A stretch of DNA of 39,875 nucleotides from a virus. Position numbers and translations under genes: made by a program. This document shows, piece by piece, positions 22,845-31,798 of the stretch. A model generated the notes under the pieces. It ran no database searches. It was given only the letters and a program-made list of their open reading frames with translations, and was not told the DNA's origin. The stretch lies in the UHGV virus genome UHGV-0140636, one strand, 5' to 3'. How positions within the stretch are numbered: position 1 is the first letter of the stretch; the number at the start of each line of letters is the position of its first letter.

Positions 22845-23131
22845 GGCTTAATCTTTCCCTCCTTCAGCAGTATCGCCTGCGTCCTGATCACGCCTTCGAG
22901 GTGGTAAAGTCTGGCGTCTTTGTTGTCGAGATTATGGGTGCGTCGGTCGATTTCATCGTGACACGCGCTACAAGCCCATGCGCCGATCAGGTCGTCAGGC
23001 TTCATCCCCGTTCCGCAAATTCCAGCCATCCGGTAATGTGCCAGAACTGTAGTTTCAGGATTGCCATTGCATACGCCGTAAATACGTACCTGGCATTCTC
23101 TGCCGCGCGCTTCTTTGCGTAGATTAGCCAT
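22841..23131 (-). CDS. YbcO-like Cys-rich protein (DUF1364-like)
   Basis: 96 aa with CxxC pairs (CQVRIYGVC, CSACHDE); position upstream of rusA as in DLP12. Confidence 0.55.
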   Translation of the reverse strand: MANLRKEARGRECQVRIYGVCNGNPETTVLAHYRMAGICGTGMKPDDLIGAWACSACHDEIDRRTHNLDNKDARLYHLEGVIRTQAILLKEGKIKP

Positions 23132-23853
23132 TAAGCAGCCTCCCCTGTTACTTTCAGCATTCCGTTATCGAGCAGCTTTCTGGTCAGCCACTGTTGACCA
23201 CGCCCGGTGATTTTTGTGGTGAACGATATCTGTATTCCGTGATTTGTGTTGACCGCTGTTTCTTTCACTGTGAAATAGCCGCGATCCATATATTCCTGCA
23301 TTGGCACATTGCGCCGGGAACCTGAAGCAATAAGGATTTTGTGATCGCGCATCCACGCAAACAGTTTGTTTGGACCAATACCGACAACCTTTGCAAAGTT
23401 TCCAATCAAAATTCCGCTGGCTTCGCCAACTCGATCGGCAAACTCAACTTTAGGTGCGGCAATTGCGAGCTGGTTTTCCAGTTGCATTTTCTGCTCAGCA
23501 AGATCAGCAGCAAGGCGCAACGCTTCTGGTAGCGTTTTGGGGATATTAACCGCAGTTTCTTCAAGCTCTCGCCAACGGTCAACAAGACGAGCGGTGAATT
23601 CCGGCGACAACTGGGCTACAACGACAATACTGTCTCGCTTTCCTTGTTCGCCTTCGAATACATACACACAAAAACTTTGATTTAAGCCTAACCCATTGAT
23701 TCTTCCACAATCCTCAATTTGAGGAAGCCGGATAACACCATTTTTAGCCAGCGTTTCGATGGTACGTTTCACATTGTCATGACGCTTACCCACCAACTCA
23801 GCGATTTCAATGCTTGTCATTTTGATGGCATTGCCATTTATTAACTCATTCAT
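23131..23853 (-). CDS. Antirepressor-type protein, Rha-like N-terminus plus KilA-C/ANT-like C-terminus
   Basis: MTSIEIAELVGKRHDNVKRTIETL Rha-type motif; C-terminal region typical of antirepressors. Confidence 0.7.
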   Translation of the reverse strand: MNELINGNAIKMTSIEIAELVGKRHDNVKRTIETLAKNGVIRLPQIEDCGRINGLGLNQSFCVYVFEGEQGKRDSIVVVAQLSPEFTARLVDRWRELEETAVNIPKTLPEALRLAADLAEQKMQLENQLAIAAPKVEFADRVGEASGILIGNFAKVVGIGPNKLFAWMRDHKILIASGSRRNVPMQEYMDRGYFTVKETAVNTNHGIQISFTTKITGRGQQWLTRKLLDNGMLKVTGEAA

Positions 23854-24016
23854 CGCCTTCTTCCTCGTACATTGAGCTATTCGGATCGCTCATCAGTTCT
23901 GCGCAGCAATCGGAGCACACGTGAACTTCCAGCACATGCAGCTTCTGACCGCAGTTAGCGCACGTTAAAGCTCGCTCGACACTTCCTTGTTCGTAACTTC
24001 GATTTTGGTCAATCAC
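23846..24016 (-). CDS. ninF: NinF-like zinc-ribbon protein
   Basis: GTG start overlapping ninE stop (GTGA); [38 protein letters not shown] resembles lambda NinF; not in ORF track because under 60 aa. Confidence 0.6.
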   Translation of the reverse strand: MIDQNRSYEQGSVERALTCANCGQKLHVLEVHVCSDCCAELMSDPNSSMYEEEGDE

Positions 24017-24195
24017 CTTGTTTTCCTCGCACGTTCTCTAAGCCACCGGATATCCCACAGGTGAGCCGTGTAGTTGAAGGTTTTTACGTCAGATTCTTTT
24101 GGGATTGGCTTGCGTTTATTTCTGGAGCGTTTCGTTGGAAGGTATTTGCAGTTTTCGCAGATGATGTCGGTGAAACTTCGTCGCTGTCGTCTCAT
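24013..24195 (-). CDS. ninE: NinE
   Basis: [52 protein letters not shown] matches lambda NinE. Confidence 0.85.
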   Translation of the reverse strand: MRRQRRSFTDIICENCKYLPTKRSRNKRKPIPKESDVKTFNYTAHLWDIRWLRERARKTR

Positions 24196-24602
24196 TCGTA
24201 CCTCCTGTCGGTAAATCTGACACCCTGACCAATAGCCCAGGCTGTTGTGTACTCGATCAGACTTGCCATGCGCTTCACGCTCATCTGCGCGCTGCTTTCG
24301 CGAATGTTGACGTATTCACCTTCAAGGCCGGGCAAAACATCAGCTTCCTGCTTTGTTGCCACTGCATGACCGCTGATCAACAAAACCTTCCATTGTTCTG
24401 GTTTTAACCATTTATCGCGCCACTGAACTTGCCTAGCGATATCTGCGACCATCGCGTGAAATTTTGCGTTCTGGTCAAGGTTGCGCTTGTAGTCAGTAAT
24501 GCGGATGGTGACTGGCTTGTCTTTATCGAGTGGTGTTGCGAGGATGGCATTTATTGCAGCTTGCTGTTGTTGCTTAGTTCGGAGGAAGATTGTTTGCTTC
24601 AT
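24192..24602 (-). CDS. ninB: NinB recombination protein
   Basis: 136 aa, similarity to lambda NinB N-terminal region. Confidence 0.8.
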   Translation of the reverse strand: MKQTIFLRTKQQQQAAINAILATPLDKDKPVTIRITDYKRNLDQNAKFHAMVADIARQVQWRDKWLKPEQWKVLLISGHAVATKQEADVLPGLEGEYVNIRESSAQMSVKRMASLIEYTTAWAIGQGVRFTDRRYE

Positions 24603-24930
24603 CGAAATTCTTCTCTTTAATTCCAGCGGCTCTGATAGCTTTCATTACTGCAATTACCGTTTTGTCTCTCCCATCCTCATAACCCATCGCATAAGCACCT
24701 TCTTCACCATCTTTCCAAAAGTCGTCATTCGATTCTGGCCAGTCGATATCCAGTTCAATAGCTGCTCGCGATGCCTGCCATAAAGCCCACCACTCATTTA
24801 AGGAGTGACGAATATCCATGCTTGAAAATGCAAAGTACCTATCACCATTTCTTGCCTCGGTTATCATCTCGAATGGTAATCTCAATTTTTTGGCAACGTA
24901 TTCCTCAAACTGCTTTCTTGATTCGTCCAT
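24574..24930 (-). CDS. Hypothetical protein
   Basis: 118 aa ORF; overlaps ninB start by 29 nt. Confidence 0.5.
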   Translation of the reverse strand: MDESRKQFEEYVAKKLRLPFEMITEARNGDRYFAFSSMDIRHSLNEWWALWQASRAAIELDIDWPESNDDFWKDGEEGAYAMGYEDGRDKTVIAVMKAIRAAGIKEKNFDEANNLPPN

Positions 24931-24944
24931 ATCAATCCCCGTTA

Positions 24945-25142
24945 TTACAGGTTAATTTTCACCCAACCCTTCCCACGCACATTTGCAACAAGCCCTTTCT
25001 TTCTCAGGTATTGCATACGGCGATCGATGGTTTCGATATACATTCCATTGCTCCGCCATTTAAGCCAGATATCAAAAACAGGTGTTGGTCTTTCACTCAG
25101 CATTGAAAGAATGTTTTGATCTAATTTTTCGTACTTGCTCAC
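24945..25142 (-). CDS. Hypothetical small protein
   Basis: 65 aa ORF, start-stop overlap with upstream ORF. Confidence 0.5.
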   Translation of the reverse strand: MSKYEKLDQNILSMLSERPTPVFDIWLKWRSNGMYIETIDRRMQYLRKKGLVANVRGKGWVKINL

Positions 25143-25465
25143 AAATACCCTCTCTCACTTAATCGCGCCCACGCTTCGTTAAACTCTTCTCGGGTTGCGC
25201 CGGATTTTCTTTCTTCAAACATCATGCATTCGCTGATGTCTCCCCATGACTTTGGTCGCTTTTCAGCGAACAGATCATCCCATTCGAATACCCAGCGGCC
25301 TGATTTTCGGTAGTGGTAAATGGTCAGCCATGTTGTGCTGTTCGCTGGATACCCATAGAGAACTTCGACTTTTTGATCACGGTCTTTATGCTTTTTCAGC
25401 AGGATAAAGCCAGCAACCAGCGAAGCTCCGGAAAGAATGATGATTGGAATTTGCCAGTCAGCCAC
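25139..25465 (-). CDS. Hypothetical membrane-anchored protein
   Basis: 108 aa; N-terminal hydrophobic segment IPIIILSGASLVAGFILL. Confidence 0.5.
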   Translation of the reverse strand: MADWQIPIIILSGASLVAGFILLKKHKDRDQKVEVLYGYPANSTTWLTIYHYRKSGRWVFEWDDLFAEKRPKSWGDISECMMFEERKSGATREEFNEAWARLSERGYL

Positions 25466-25537
25466 ACTTCCCTCTCCCCCAAATAAAAAGGCCTGCGATT
25501 ACCAGCAGGCCTGTTATTAGCTCAGTGATGTAGATGG

Positions 25538-26914
25538 TCATACGTCCGCCCCTTGTGCATATCGTCTGCCACGCGCAGCAGGTGCATTTGATGCTGTGCA
25601 AATCTGTCTGGCTTCATCCTGGTCACATGCAACAAAGTGTCCGTTACAGAACCGCTGGTAAACCGTACCAAGTGAGCCAAAACGGTTTTTCGTCACGATG
25701 ATTTCAGCAAATGGTGCGGCGCTACTGTTCTCGTCATATACCGCTTCCCGATAGAGCATGATGATTGAGTCTGCGTCCTGTTCAATGCTTCCTGAATCAC
25801 GCAAATCTGCGTTTGTCGGGCGTTTGTTTGGTCGCTTCTCAACATCGCGCGAAAGCTGACTCAGGGAGATAACAGGCGTTTTCAGGTCTTTCGCCATCGC
25901 CTTCAGGCTTCCGGAGATGTGAGCAATTGCGAGGTCGTTGCGATCTGCTTTCGGCTTCTCAATCAGGCCAAGATAATCCGCCATGATGAGTGACAGGTTT
26001 GGATTTTCCTGTTTGTGCCGTTCTGCGATTGAGCGAATTTCTTCGACCGATAACCGCGAGGCATCGACTACCCATACATCCAAATCTGCAAGCTGACTCA
26101 TGCCGTTAGCAACACGCGCCCAGCCTTCGTCATCCATCGATGCAGGATTTCGCAGTACGCTAACCGACATCCTCCCGGCGTTGGCAATGCTTCGCTCTGC
26201 AATCTGCAATGCGCTCATTTCCATCGAGAAAATCAACACTCCGCGCCGGACGTCAGAACCAGGAATAACGCGGCTTGCAACGCCTTCGGCAATCTTCAGC
26301 GCCAGTTCGGTTTTCCCCATACCAGGACGAGCAGCGATTATCACCAGGTCTTCCGCGTTCATCCCTCCGGTGATGGCATCAAGTTCTTCGATTCCGGTCT
26401 TCAGGGTATCTGACTCTTCTCCGTTCCTCAGACGCCTGTCAAGCGTGTCAGTGTAGTCAGTAATGATTTCCCCTAACCGTACAGGTTTTACTTCGTCACG
26501 GGGCTTTCTGATGGCTGAAAGACGCTTTACAAGCTCATCCATCGCCTGACTCGATGCGTCGATTGTCCCGCTCTGAATTGGTTCACGCATTTCATCCATG
26601 ATTTCCAGCACCAGACGGCGGTGATAGTTATCCGCGACCATTCCGGCATATCCTTTCAGGTTTGCGGCACTCGGGCAGTTTTTGCTGGTCATCAGGATTG
26701 ACGTGAAATGCTCCTCTCCGCACGCCTCGGCAACCATCAGCGCGTCGATTAGGTTTCTGTTTCTCGCCTGCTTGCGGATAACCTCGAAGGCTTTCCGGTA
26801 GAGCGGAATTGAAAACGCTTCCGGCTCCAGTGTTGCCAGAACGTCGCTGGCGGTTGGAGTTAATCCACCAATCAGCAGGCCACCGATAACGCTCGCTTCG
26901 ATATCCTGTCTCAT
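25538..26914 (-). CDS. gp12: Replicative DNA helicase (DnaB-like, P22 gp12 type)
   Basis: 458 aa; Walker A GMGKT, DnaB-like motifs. Confidence 0.9.
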   Translation of the reverse strand: MRQDIEASVIGGLLIGGLTPTASDVLATLEPEAFSIPLYRKAFEVIRKQARNRNLIDALMVAEACGEEHFTSILMTSKNCPSAANLKGYAGMVADNYHRRLVLEIMDEMREPIQSGTIDASSQAMDELVKRLSAIRKPRDEVKPVRLGEIITDYTDTLDRRLRNGEESDTLKTGIEELDAITGGMNAEDLVIIAARPGMGKTELALKIAEGVASRVIPGSDVRRGVLIFSMEMSALQIAERSIANAGRMSVSVLRNPASMDDEGWARVANGMSQLADLDVWVVDASRLSVEEIRSIAERHKQENPNLSLIMADYLGLIEKPKADRNDLAIAHISGSLKAMAKDLKTPVISLSQLSRDVEKRPNKRPTNADLRDSGSIEQDADSIIMLYREAVYDENSSAAPFAEIIVTKNRFGSLGTVYQRFCNGHFVACDQDEARQICTASNAPAARGRRYAQGADV

Positions 26915-27858
26915 GCAATCCCCCTGTCTGCAAACTTCCCTTCCCGAACTCCCGTTAACGAATCTTCCCTCAGCAGGTAATCAAAATCTGCCGTCCATCC
27001 CGTGTCGTTGTCTCCGAAGTAAAACGGCTTGGCCTGATGTACAAACGCCCTGACATACGCTCTGAAACCGTCCACGTTTGGCGTTTTCAGTTGCGGGATG
27101 ATTTTCTTCAGGCGGCGTTTGCGTTTCTCGTTGACTGCAACAGCGTGTGGCAGTCTGTCACCGACTTCGGTGTTGTAGGCGTTCAGGAAGGATTCGTAGT
27201 CGATTCGTTCTGCCTTGCGACGTTCAGGTTTAACCTGCCCATCGCCTCCCCCATTGGGGGGTAGGGGGGTATTATTTATATTCTTGTTAATACCTTCTTG
27301 TTCATGATGTGCGGTTTTTTGTGCGGCATCATGTGCGCTTTCATGTGCGGCATGTGCGCTGAAAGCCGCGCCATTACTGTCTTCGTCATGTGCGGCATCA
27401 TGTGCGGTTGTTTGTGCGGCATCATGTGCGGGTGAATTGTCCATTTTTTGAGCGTATTCATGGTAATTTGTGATGGTGATCACACGACCTTTTTGCTTCT
27501 CTCCATCAATGGAGATCATCCCCTCTTTCACAAAAACCTGAAGCATCCGCTCAACCTGATCACGGCTTGCCGGCTTGCCATGCCTGTCGCATAACTGAAG
27601 ACCTAAATCAGCTGCTGTCACAACCAGTTGACCGGGTTGCAGATGCCATTCATGACCTTTGAAATTCGCTTTGTATGGCTTTCTGGCGGCATTCAGGAGA
27701 AGGTTTTCCCACAGGGTGCGAAGATAAACATCTTTCGCCCATGACTGTTTCAGAATGCTCCGGTACAACGGAATGTAACCAGTTTTCTGGTTCTCCATCC
27801 TGTTGCTCCTGCGCTCGTGTGCGGCGCTGAAATCGTAGATTTTTGCTGTATTGCTCAT
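26911..27858 (-). CDS. gp18: Replication initiator (O-like, P22 gp18 type) containing ori
   Basis: N-terminus [10 protein letters not shown] like lambda O; internal iteron-encoded AHDAAQ repeats. Confidence 0.8.
   Translation of the reverse strand: MSNTAKIYDFSAAHERRSNRMENQKTGYIPLYRSILKQSWAKDVYLRTLWENLLLNAARKPYKANFKGHEWHLQPGQLVVTAADLGLQLCDRHGKPASRDQVERMLQVFVKEGMISIDGEKQKGRVITITNYHEYAQKMDNSPAHDAAQTTAHDAAHDEDSNGAAFSAHAAHESAHDAAQKTAHHEQEGINKNINNTPLPPNGGGDGQVKPERRKAERIDYESFLNAYNTEVGDRLPHAVAVNEKRKRRLKKIIPQLKTPNVDGFRAYVRAFVHQAKPFYFGDNDTGWTADFDYLLREDSLTGVREGKFADRGIA
27300..27432. repeat. Origin iterons (CATCATGTGCGG-type repeats, 5 or more copies) flanked by AT-rich tracts
   Basis: Directly visible repeats inside initiator gene. 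Confidence 0.75.
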
Positions 27859-27860
27859 AA

Positions 27861-28133
27861 CTACCTGCCTTGACGAAAGACCTTAAGAACATCGTTAAAC
27901 TGACTTACGGATATGTCTTCTTTGAGCAGCTTTTCCAGAAATGCGTTTGGAATGAACGTATATCCCTCCTCTTTTGGTAGAGACGGGAGCAACGCCCTCG
28001 CCTCAGCCTTCAGAAGCTCAGTTCTGGCAACTTTCACAAAAGAGATTTGAGTTCTTTCATCAATGGAACGAAGGAAGCGCAAACGCTTAGCTTCTTTGTG
28101 TGTATCAGGTGGATTAAAGCCTTTGTTTCGCAT
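27861..28133 (-). CDS. Hypothetical protein between cII and initiator
   Basis: 90 aa, ATG 28133 with GAGG 7 nt upstream. Confidence 0.45.
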   Translation of the reverse strand: MRNKGFNPPDTHKEAKRLRFLRSIDERTQISFVKVARTELLKAEARALLPSLPKEEGYTFIPNAFLEKLLKEDISVSQFNDVLKVFRQGR

Positions 28134-28209
28134 ATAATTACCTCGTTGGATGTTGTTAAAATTCCATTTGTATTTGATCAGAACGCTCGGTTGCCGCCGG
28201 GCGTTTTTT
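28133..28209 (+). ncRNA. oop: oop-like antisense RNA with terminator overlapping cII 3' end
   Basis: Plus-strand GCTCGGTTGCCGCCGGGCGTTTTTTATT matches lambda oop terminator as recalled; 5' end approximate. Confidence 0.55.
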
Positions 28210-28449
28210 ATTGGTGAGAATCGAAGCAACTTGTCGTGCCAATCGAGCCATGTCGTCGTCAACGACGCCCCATTCAAGAACAGCAAGCAGCATTGAGAAC
28301 TTTGGAATCCAGTCCCTCTTCCACCTGCTGATCTGCGACTTATCAACTCCCACAGCTTCCGCTGTCTTCTCAGTTCCAAGCATTGCGATTTTGTTAAGCA
28401 ACGCACTCTCGATTCGTAGAGCCTCGTTGCGTTTGTTTGCACGAACCAT
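28156..28449 (-). CDS. cII: CII transcriptional activator (lambda type)
   Basis: 97 aa MVRANKRNEALRIESALLNKIAMLGTEKTAEAVGVDKSQISRWKRDWIPKF matches lambda CII. Confidence 0.9.
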   Translation of the reverse strand: MVRANKRNEALRIESALLNKIAMLGTEKTAEAVGVDKSQISRWKRDWIPKFSMLLAVLEWGVVDDDMARLARQVASILTNKKRPAATERSDQIQMEF

Positions 28450-28505
28450 ATGTAAGTATTTCCTTAACAAATAAGAAGTTATGCGCATCAACTTATGCGC
28501 GTTGT

Positions 28506-28552
28506 ATTCCCGCATTTCGGCGGGAATGAGGACCATGACTGTTAAAGAGCAA
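28506..28552 (-). promoter_or_regulatory. nutR: nutR (boxA GCTCTTTAACA, boxB hairpin CCCGCCGAAATGCGGG)
   Basis: Same boxA and boxB sequence recurs at nutL. Confidence 0.65.
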
Positions 28553-28557
28553 TTTGC

Positions 28558-28743
28558 TTATGCCGCTTTGCGGTAAGCGCTTTCTTGATACTTCAGGGCG
28601 CCAGCTGTAACGACTTCCAGTCGATAGGCGTCTTTCTCTGGGATGACTTCCTTCCACTGAGAGACTGCTGCGTCGCTAATGCCTAACGCTTTAGCTACAG
28701 CACGCTGGGTTCCGAAGTGGTCGATAACATCTTTCTTGTACAT
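28558..28743 (-). CDS. cro: Cro repressor (P22 type)
   Basis: 61 aa MYKKDVIDHFGTQRAVAKALGISDAAVSQWKEVIPEKDAYRLEVV matches P22 Cro. Confidence 0.9.
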   Translation of the reverse strand: MYKKDVIDHFGTQRAVAKALGISDAAVSQWKEVIPEKDAYRLEVVTAGALKYQESAYRKAA

Positions 28744-28823
28744 AGACTCGCTCCGAAATTAAAGAACACTTAAATTATCCACTAAAGGAATCTTAAGTCA
28801 AGTTTATTTAAGATGTCTTAACT
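28744..28823. promoter_or_regulatory. OR operators with PR/PRM
   Basis: Three P22-type operator-like half-palindromes (AATTAAAGAACACTTAAATT, CTTAAGT, ATTTAAGATGTCTTAA) between divergent cro and c2. Confidence 0.65.
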
Positions 28824-29474
28824 ATGAAAACTCAATTGATGGGAGAGCGCATTCGCGCTCGGAGAAAAGAACTCAAGATCAGGCAGGCCGCACTTGGAAA
28901 GATGGTCGGCGTGTCTAATGTTGCCATATCTCAGTGGGAACGCTCTGAGACAGAGCCAAATGGAGAGAATCTTCTCGCCCTGGCTAATGCGTTGAAGTGT
29001 TCCCCTGACTATCTGATGAAAGGAGAGGAAAGTCTTTCAAACATTGCCTATCACAGTAGGCATGATCCAAGAGGGTCATTCCCTCTGATTAGCTGGGTGA
29101 GCGCAGGATGCTGGATGGAAGCTGTAGAACCATATCATAAGCGTGCAATAGATAACTGGTACGATACAACCGTAGACTGTTCAGAAGATTCGTTTTGGTT
29201 GGACGTGAAGGGAGACTCAATGACGGCTCCGGCCGGTCTCAGTATCCCTGAAGGAATGATAATACTCGTCGATCCTGAAGTAGAGCCGCGTAACGGGAAA
29301 CTGGTAGTTGCAAAGCTCGAAGGAGAAAACGAGGCAACTTTCAAGAAGTTAGTTATTGATGCAGGCAGGAAGTTTCTAAAACCACTTAACCCACAATATC
29401 CGATGATCGAGATCAACGGAAACTGCAAAATCATCGGCGTAGTTGTCGATGCAAAACTAGCAAACCTTCCATAA
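28824..29474 (+). CDS. c2: C2 repressor (P22 type, LexA-like autocleavage domain)
   Basis: 216 aa MKTQLMGERIRARRKELKIRQAALGKMVGVSNVAISQWERSETEPNGENL matches P22 C2. Confidence 0.9.
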   Translation: MKTQLMGERIRARRKELKIRQAALGKMVGVSNVAISQWERSETEPNGENLLALANALKCSPDYLMKGEESLSNIAYHSRHDPRGSFPLISWVSAGCWMEAVEPYHKRAIDNWYDTTVDCSEDSFWLDVKGDSMTAPAGLSIPEGMIILVDPEVEPRNGKLVVAKLEGENEATFKKLVIDAGRKFLKPLNPQYPMIEINGNCKIIGVVVDAKLANLP

Positions 29475-29475
29475 G

Positions 29476-29500
29476 GGGGCATTCGCCCCTTTTTTTTATT
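29476..29500 (+). terminator. Intrinsic terminator after c2
   Basis: GGGGC-ATTC-GCCCC followed by TTTTTTTT. Confidence 0.75.
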
Positions 29501-29514
29501 TCCTTTAAAAATCA

Positions 29515-29600
29515 AAGCCAAACTTAAGTTACGAAAGAAAATTTAAGTTTTCTTCAAAAATACTCTTGACCATTAATTAAAGAGATCTTAAATTTAAGCC
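29515..29600 (+). promoter_or_regulatory. OL operators and PL promoter
   Basis: TTGACC (29566-29571), 17 nt spacer, TAAATT (29589-29594); operator-like ATTAAAGAGATCTTAAAT overlaps spacer. Confidence 0.6.
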
Positions 29601-29640
29601 ATCAGCAGGACGCTGGAAGCCAAACGGAACAGATTGGCAG

Positions 29641-29681
29641 GCTCTTTAACATTGATGGGATTGTCCCGCCGAAATGCGGGA
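29641..29681 (+). promoter_or_regulatory. nutL: nutL (boxA GCTCTTTAACA, boxB CCCGCCGAAATGCGGG)
   Basis: Identical boxA/boxB to nutR on the opposite strand. Confidence 0.65.
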
Positions 29682-29995
29682 ACCAAAGAGTAGTTGGCTT
29701 TGGGGTGACGTGAAGTGCAGCTGCACGACGGCAACCGGAAGATAAGCACCCGGCGCGTCACCGCCAAAGTCAATTCCATAGGCGTTATGCAGCCGCCACC
29801 ATATTCAAGAAAGCTGCACAAGAGGTAGGAGGATTTATGTGAATACTTACATTCAGTTGAGAGATTAATTAAATAGAACTGATCGAGCAGAGTCCATGAA
29901 GGCTCATAAATGCTCTTCCATCCCCGTCTAATTGGCGGGGAAGGAAACCACTTTGTAATAAAAAAAATTCCAAAGTTGTTTCATCGGAGGTCAAC

Positions 29996-30295
29996 ATGAC
30001 AGTCGTCATTACATATCTGGCTGACGATAACGCCAGAAATCGCCGCAGAGCACGCAGACAGGCTCAACGTGAGCAGGCAATGCAAGAACAGCGACTGGCG
30101 CGAAAAATTGCGCTAAAGCTCTCTGGTTGCGTCAGAGCAGATAAAGCAGCATCACTCGGAAGCCTTCGCTGCAAGAAGGCAGAAGAAGTCGAGAGTAAAC
30201 AGAATCGTATTTACTACCGCAAGCCACGCAGTGAAATGGGTGTGACTTGTGTTGGTCGCCAGAAAATGAAATTAGGCAGCAAACCACTTATTTGA
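29996..30295 (+). CDS. N: N-type transcription antiterminator (phage 21-like)
   Basis: Arg-rich N-terminal motif NARNRRRARRQAQREQ; C-terminus RKPRSEMGVTCVGRQKMKLGSKPLI resembles lambda/21 N. Confidence 0.8.
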   Translation: MTVVITYLADDNARNRRRARRQAQREQAMQEQRLARKIALKLSGCVRADKAASLGSLRCKKAEEVESKQNRIYYRKPRSEMGVTCVGRQKMKLGSKPLI

Positions 30296-30373
30296 GGTGA
30301 TATATGGAAGAAGAATTTGAAGAGTTCGAAGAGCATCCTCAGGATGTGATGGAACAATACCAGGACTACCCTT

Positions 30374-30574
30374 ATGACTACGACTATTGATAAGAATCAA
30401 TGGTGTGGACAATTCAAGCGATGCAATGGATGCAAGCTGCAATCGGAATGCATGGTTAAGCCTGAAGAAATGTTTCCTGTGATGGAAGATGGGAAATATG
30501 TCGATAAATGGGCAATGCGAACGACGGCAATGATTGCCAGAGAACTTGGTAAACAGAACAACAAGGCTGCCTGA
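30374..30574 (+). CDS. ral: Restriction alleviation protein Ral
   Basis: 66 aa MTTTIDKNQWCGQFKRCNGCKLQSECMVKPEEMFPVMEDGKYVDKWA matches lambda Ral. Confidence 0.85.
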   Translation: MTTTIDKNQWCGQFKRCNGCKLQSECMVKPEEMFPVMEDGKYVDKWAMRTTAMIARELGKQNNKAA

Positions 30575-30613
30575 TGGTGGCCTTTATTTTTGGCGTAAAC
30601 AATAGAGGTGAAG

Positions 30614-30748
30614 ATGAACGCAGTTGAATTCACAAAATGGATGGCAGAGCAAGATATCACAGGAGCCGACGAAAAGGCTGTGTACTACATGGCTCTGCTA
30701 TGGATTCACAAAGCAAAAGAGGCTGCAAATGCTCTTGGAGGTGAGTGA
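30614..30748 (+). CDS. Small hypothetical protein (44 aa)
   Basis: ATG with AGAGGTGA upstream; ATGtg overlap coupling to next ORF. Confidence 0.4.
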   Translation: MNAVEFTKWMAEQDITGADEKAVYYMALLWIHKAKEAANALGGE

Positions 30749-30948
30749 TGTGCGAGTTTTATGAAGCAGATATCAAACGCCCAGAAATGGCAAGTGATGC
30801 GACATTACGTGATTACTTCGCGGCAAAGGCTATGCAAGCAATGATTAGCAATCCATCGATTATCGATAATGATTCTGATGGAGCTGTTAATTATGCAGCA
30901 AGCGCTGCATATAAGTTTGCAGACGCAATGCTCAAAGCTCGCGAATAA
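30745..30948 (+). CDS. Hypothetical protein
   Basis: 67 aa ORF. Confidence 0.5.
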   Translation: MMCEFYEADIKRPEMASDATLRDYFAAKAMQAMISNPSIIDNDSDGAVNYAASAAYKFADAMLKARE

Positions 30949-31042
30949 GCACTGTGTATTCATTCCAACGAGTGAATACACGGAGCAATGTCGCTCGTAA
31001 CTAAACAGGAGCCGACTTGTTCTGATTATTGGAAATCTTCTT

Positions 31043-31068
31043 TGCCCTCCTATGTGAGGGCTTTTTTA
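31043..31068 (+). terminator. Intrinsic terminator in early-left operon
   Basis: GCCCTC-CTATGT-GAGGGC followed by TTTTTTAT. Confidence 0.7.
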
Positions 31069-31133
31069 TATGCATACCAATAACGCTTCACTCGAGGCGT
31101 TTTCGTTATGCAATCAAATATAAGGAGTTACCC

Positions 31134-31268
31134 ATGATGCACTTTCAGCTCGCGGGTAGCGGCGTCATGTCCGCTTTCTACCCGCACGAATCTGAATTAT
31201 CACGCCGAGTTAAACAATTAATCAGAGCAGCAAAGAAACAACTGGAGGCGTTATGCGCAATGAAATAG
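31134..31268 (+). CDS. cIII: CIII-like FtsH inhibitor
   Basis: 44 aa MMHFQLAGSGVMSAFYPHESELSRRVKQLIRAAKKQLEAL resembles lambda CIII central region; AAGGAG RBS. Confidence 0.65.
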   Translation: MMHFQLAGSGVMSAFYPHESELSRRVKQLIRAAKKQLEALCAMK

Positions 31269-31404
31269 CCATCAATCACCAGATGCTTCGTGCTGCACAG
31301 AACAAAGCAGTAATAGCCAGATTTATTGGTGATTCAAAAATGTGGCTTGAAGCAAATAAAACGATGAAATCAGCTATCAACCTTCCGTGGTATCGCAGGA
31401 AATG
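31252..31404 (+). CDS. kil: Kil-like host division inhibitor
   Basis: 50 aa with IARFIGDSKMW motif similar to lambda Kil; GGAGG RBS. Confidence 0.55.
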
Positions 31405-31508
31405 AGTTTTACAGATAACTGGTCAGACGAAGAATTCATTCGTCAGATGAACAAAATGCTCAATCAGCACAAAGAACAGGAGAAAGATGATGATTCTGAC
31501 TCTGAATG
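31401..31508 (+). CDS. Small acidic hypothetical protein (35 aa)
   Basis: ATGA overlap with kil stop. Confidence 0.3.
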
Positions 31509-31798
31509 ATAAGCGTGAAATATCGCAAATAATCGCAAGTTTTACTGATGAAGATTACGAACGAATCAACAGTGAAGTTGATCGCCTCTGCAAACGTTGC
31601 GACCCAATAAGCGAAATGCTTCGCTCATATAAACCAGATGAACACACTAAGGACGCTATCGACTGGCTGGAAGATGATGACTGTGACTATCAGGAAAAAG
31701 CCGCTGAATGGTTCTGGGATGCAATAACCGAAAGAGTTAAGGCTGAATATGCCTTCGCAATATTCAAACGCAGACACATTTATGGAGAAGCAGCATGA
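31487..31798 (+). CDS. Hypothetical protein
   Basis: 103 aa ORF upstream of recT. Confidence 0.55.
   Translation: MMILTLNDKREISQIIASFTDEDYERINSEVDRLCKRCDPISEMLRSYKPDEHTKDAIDWLEDDDCDYQEKAAEWFWDAITERVKAEYAFAIFKRRHIYGEAA

Noticed and set aside
27276-27461. 61 aa His/Met/Pro-rich minus-strand ORF
   Set aside because: Alternative-frame reading of the origin iterons inside the initiator gene
27861-28442. 193 aa ORF overlapping cII
   Set aside because: Upstream half overlaps conserved cII in another frame; only the distal 90 codons with their own RBS are plausible
29594-29821. 75 aa minus-strand ORF in the PL leader
   Set aside because: Antisense to nutL and the N leader, no RBS, no recognisable protein
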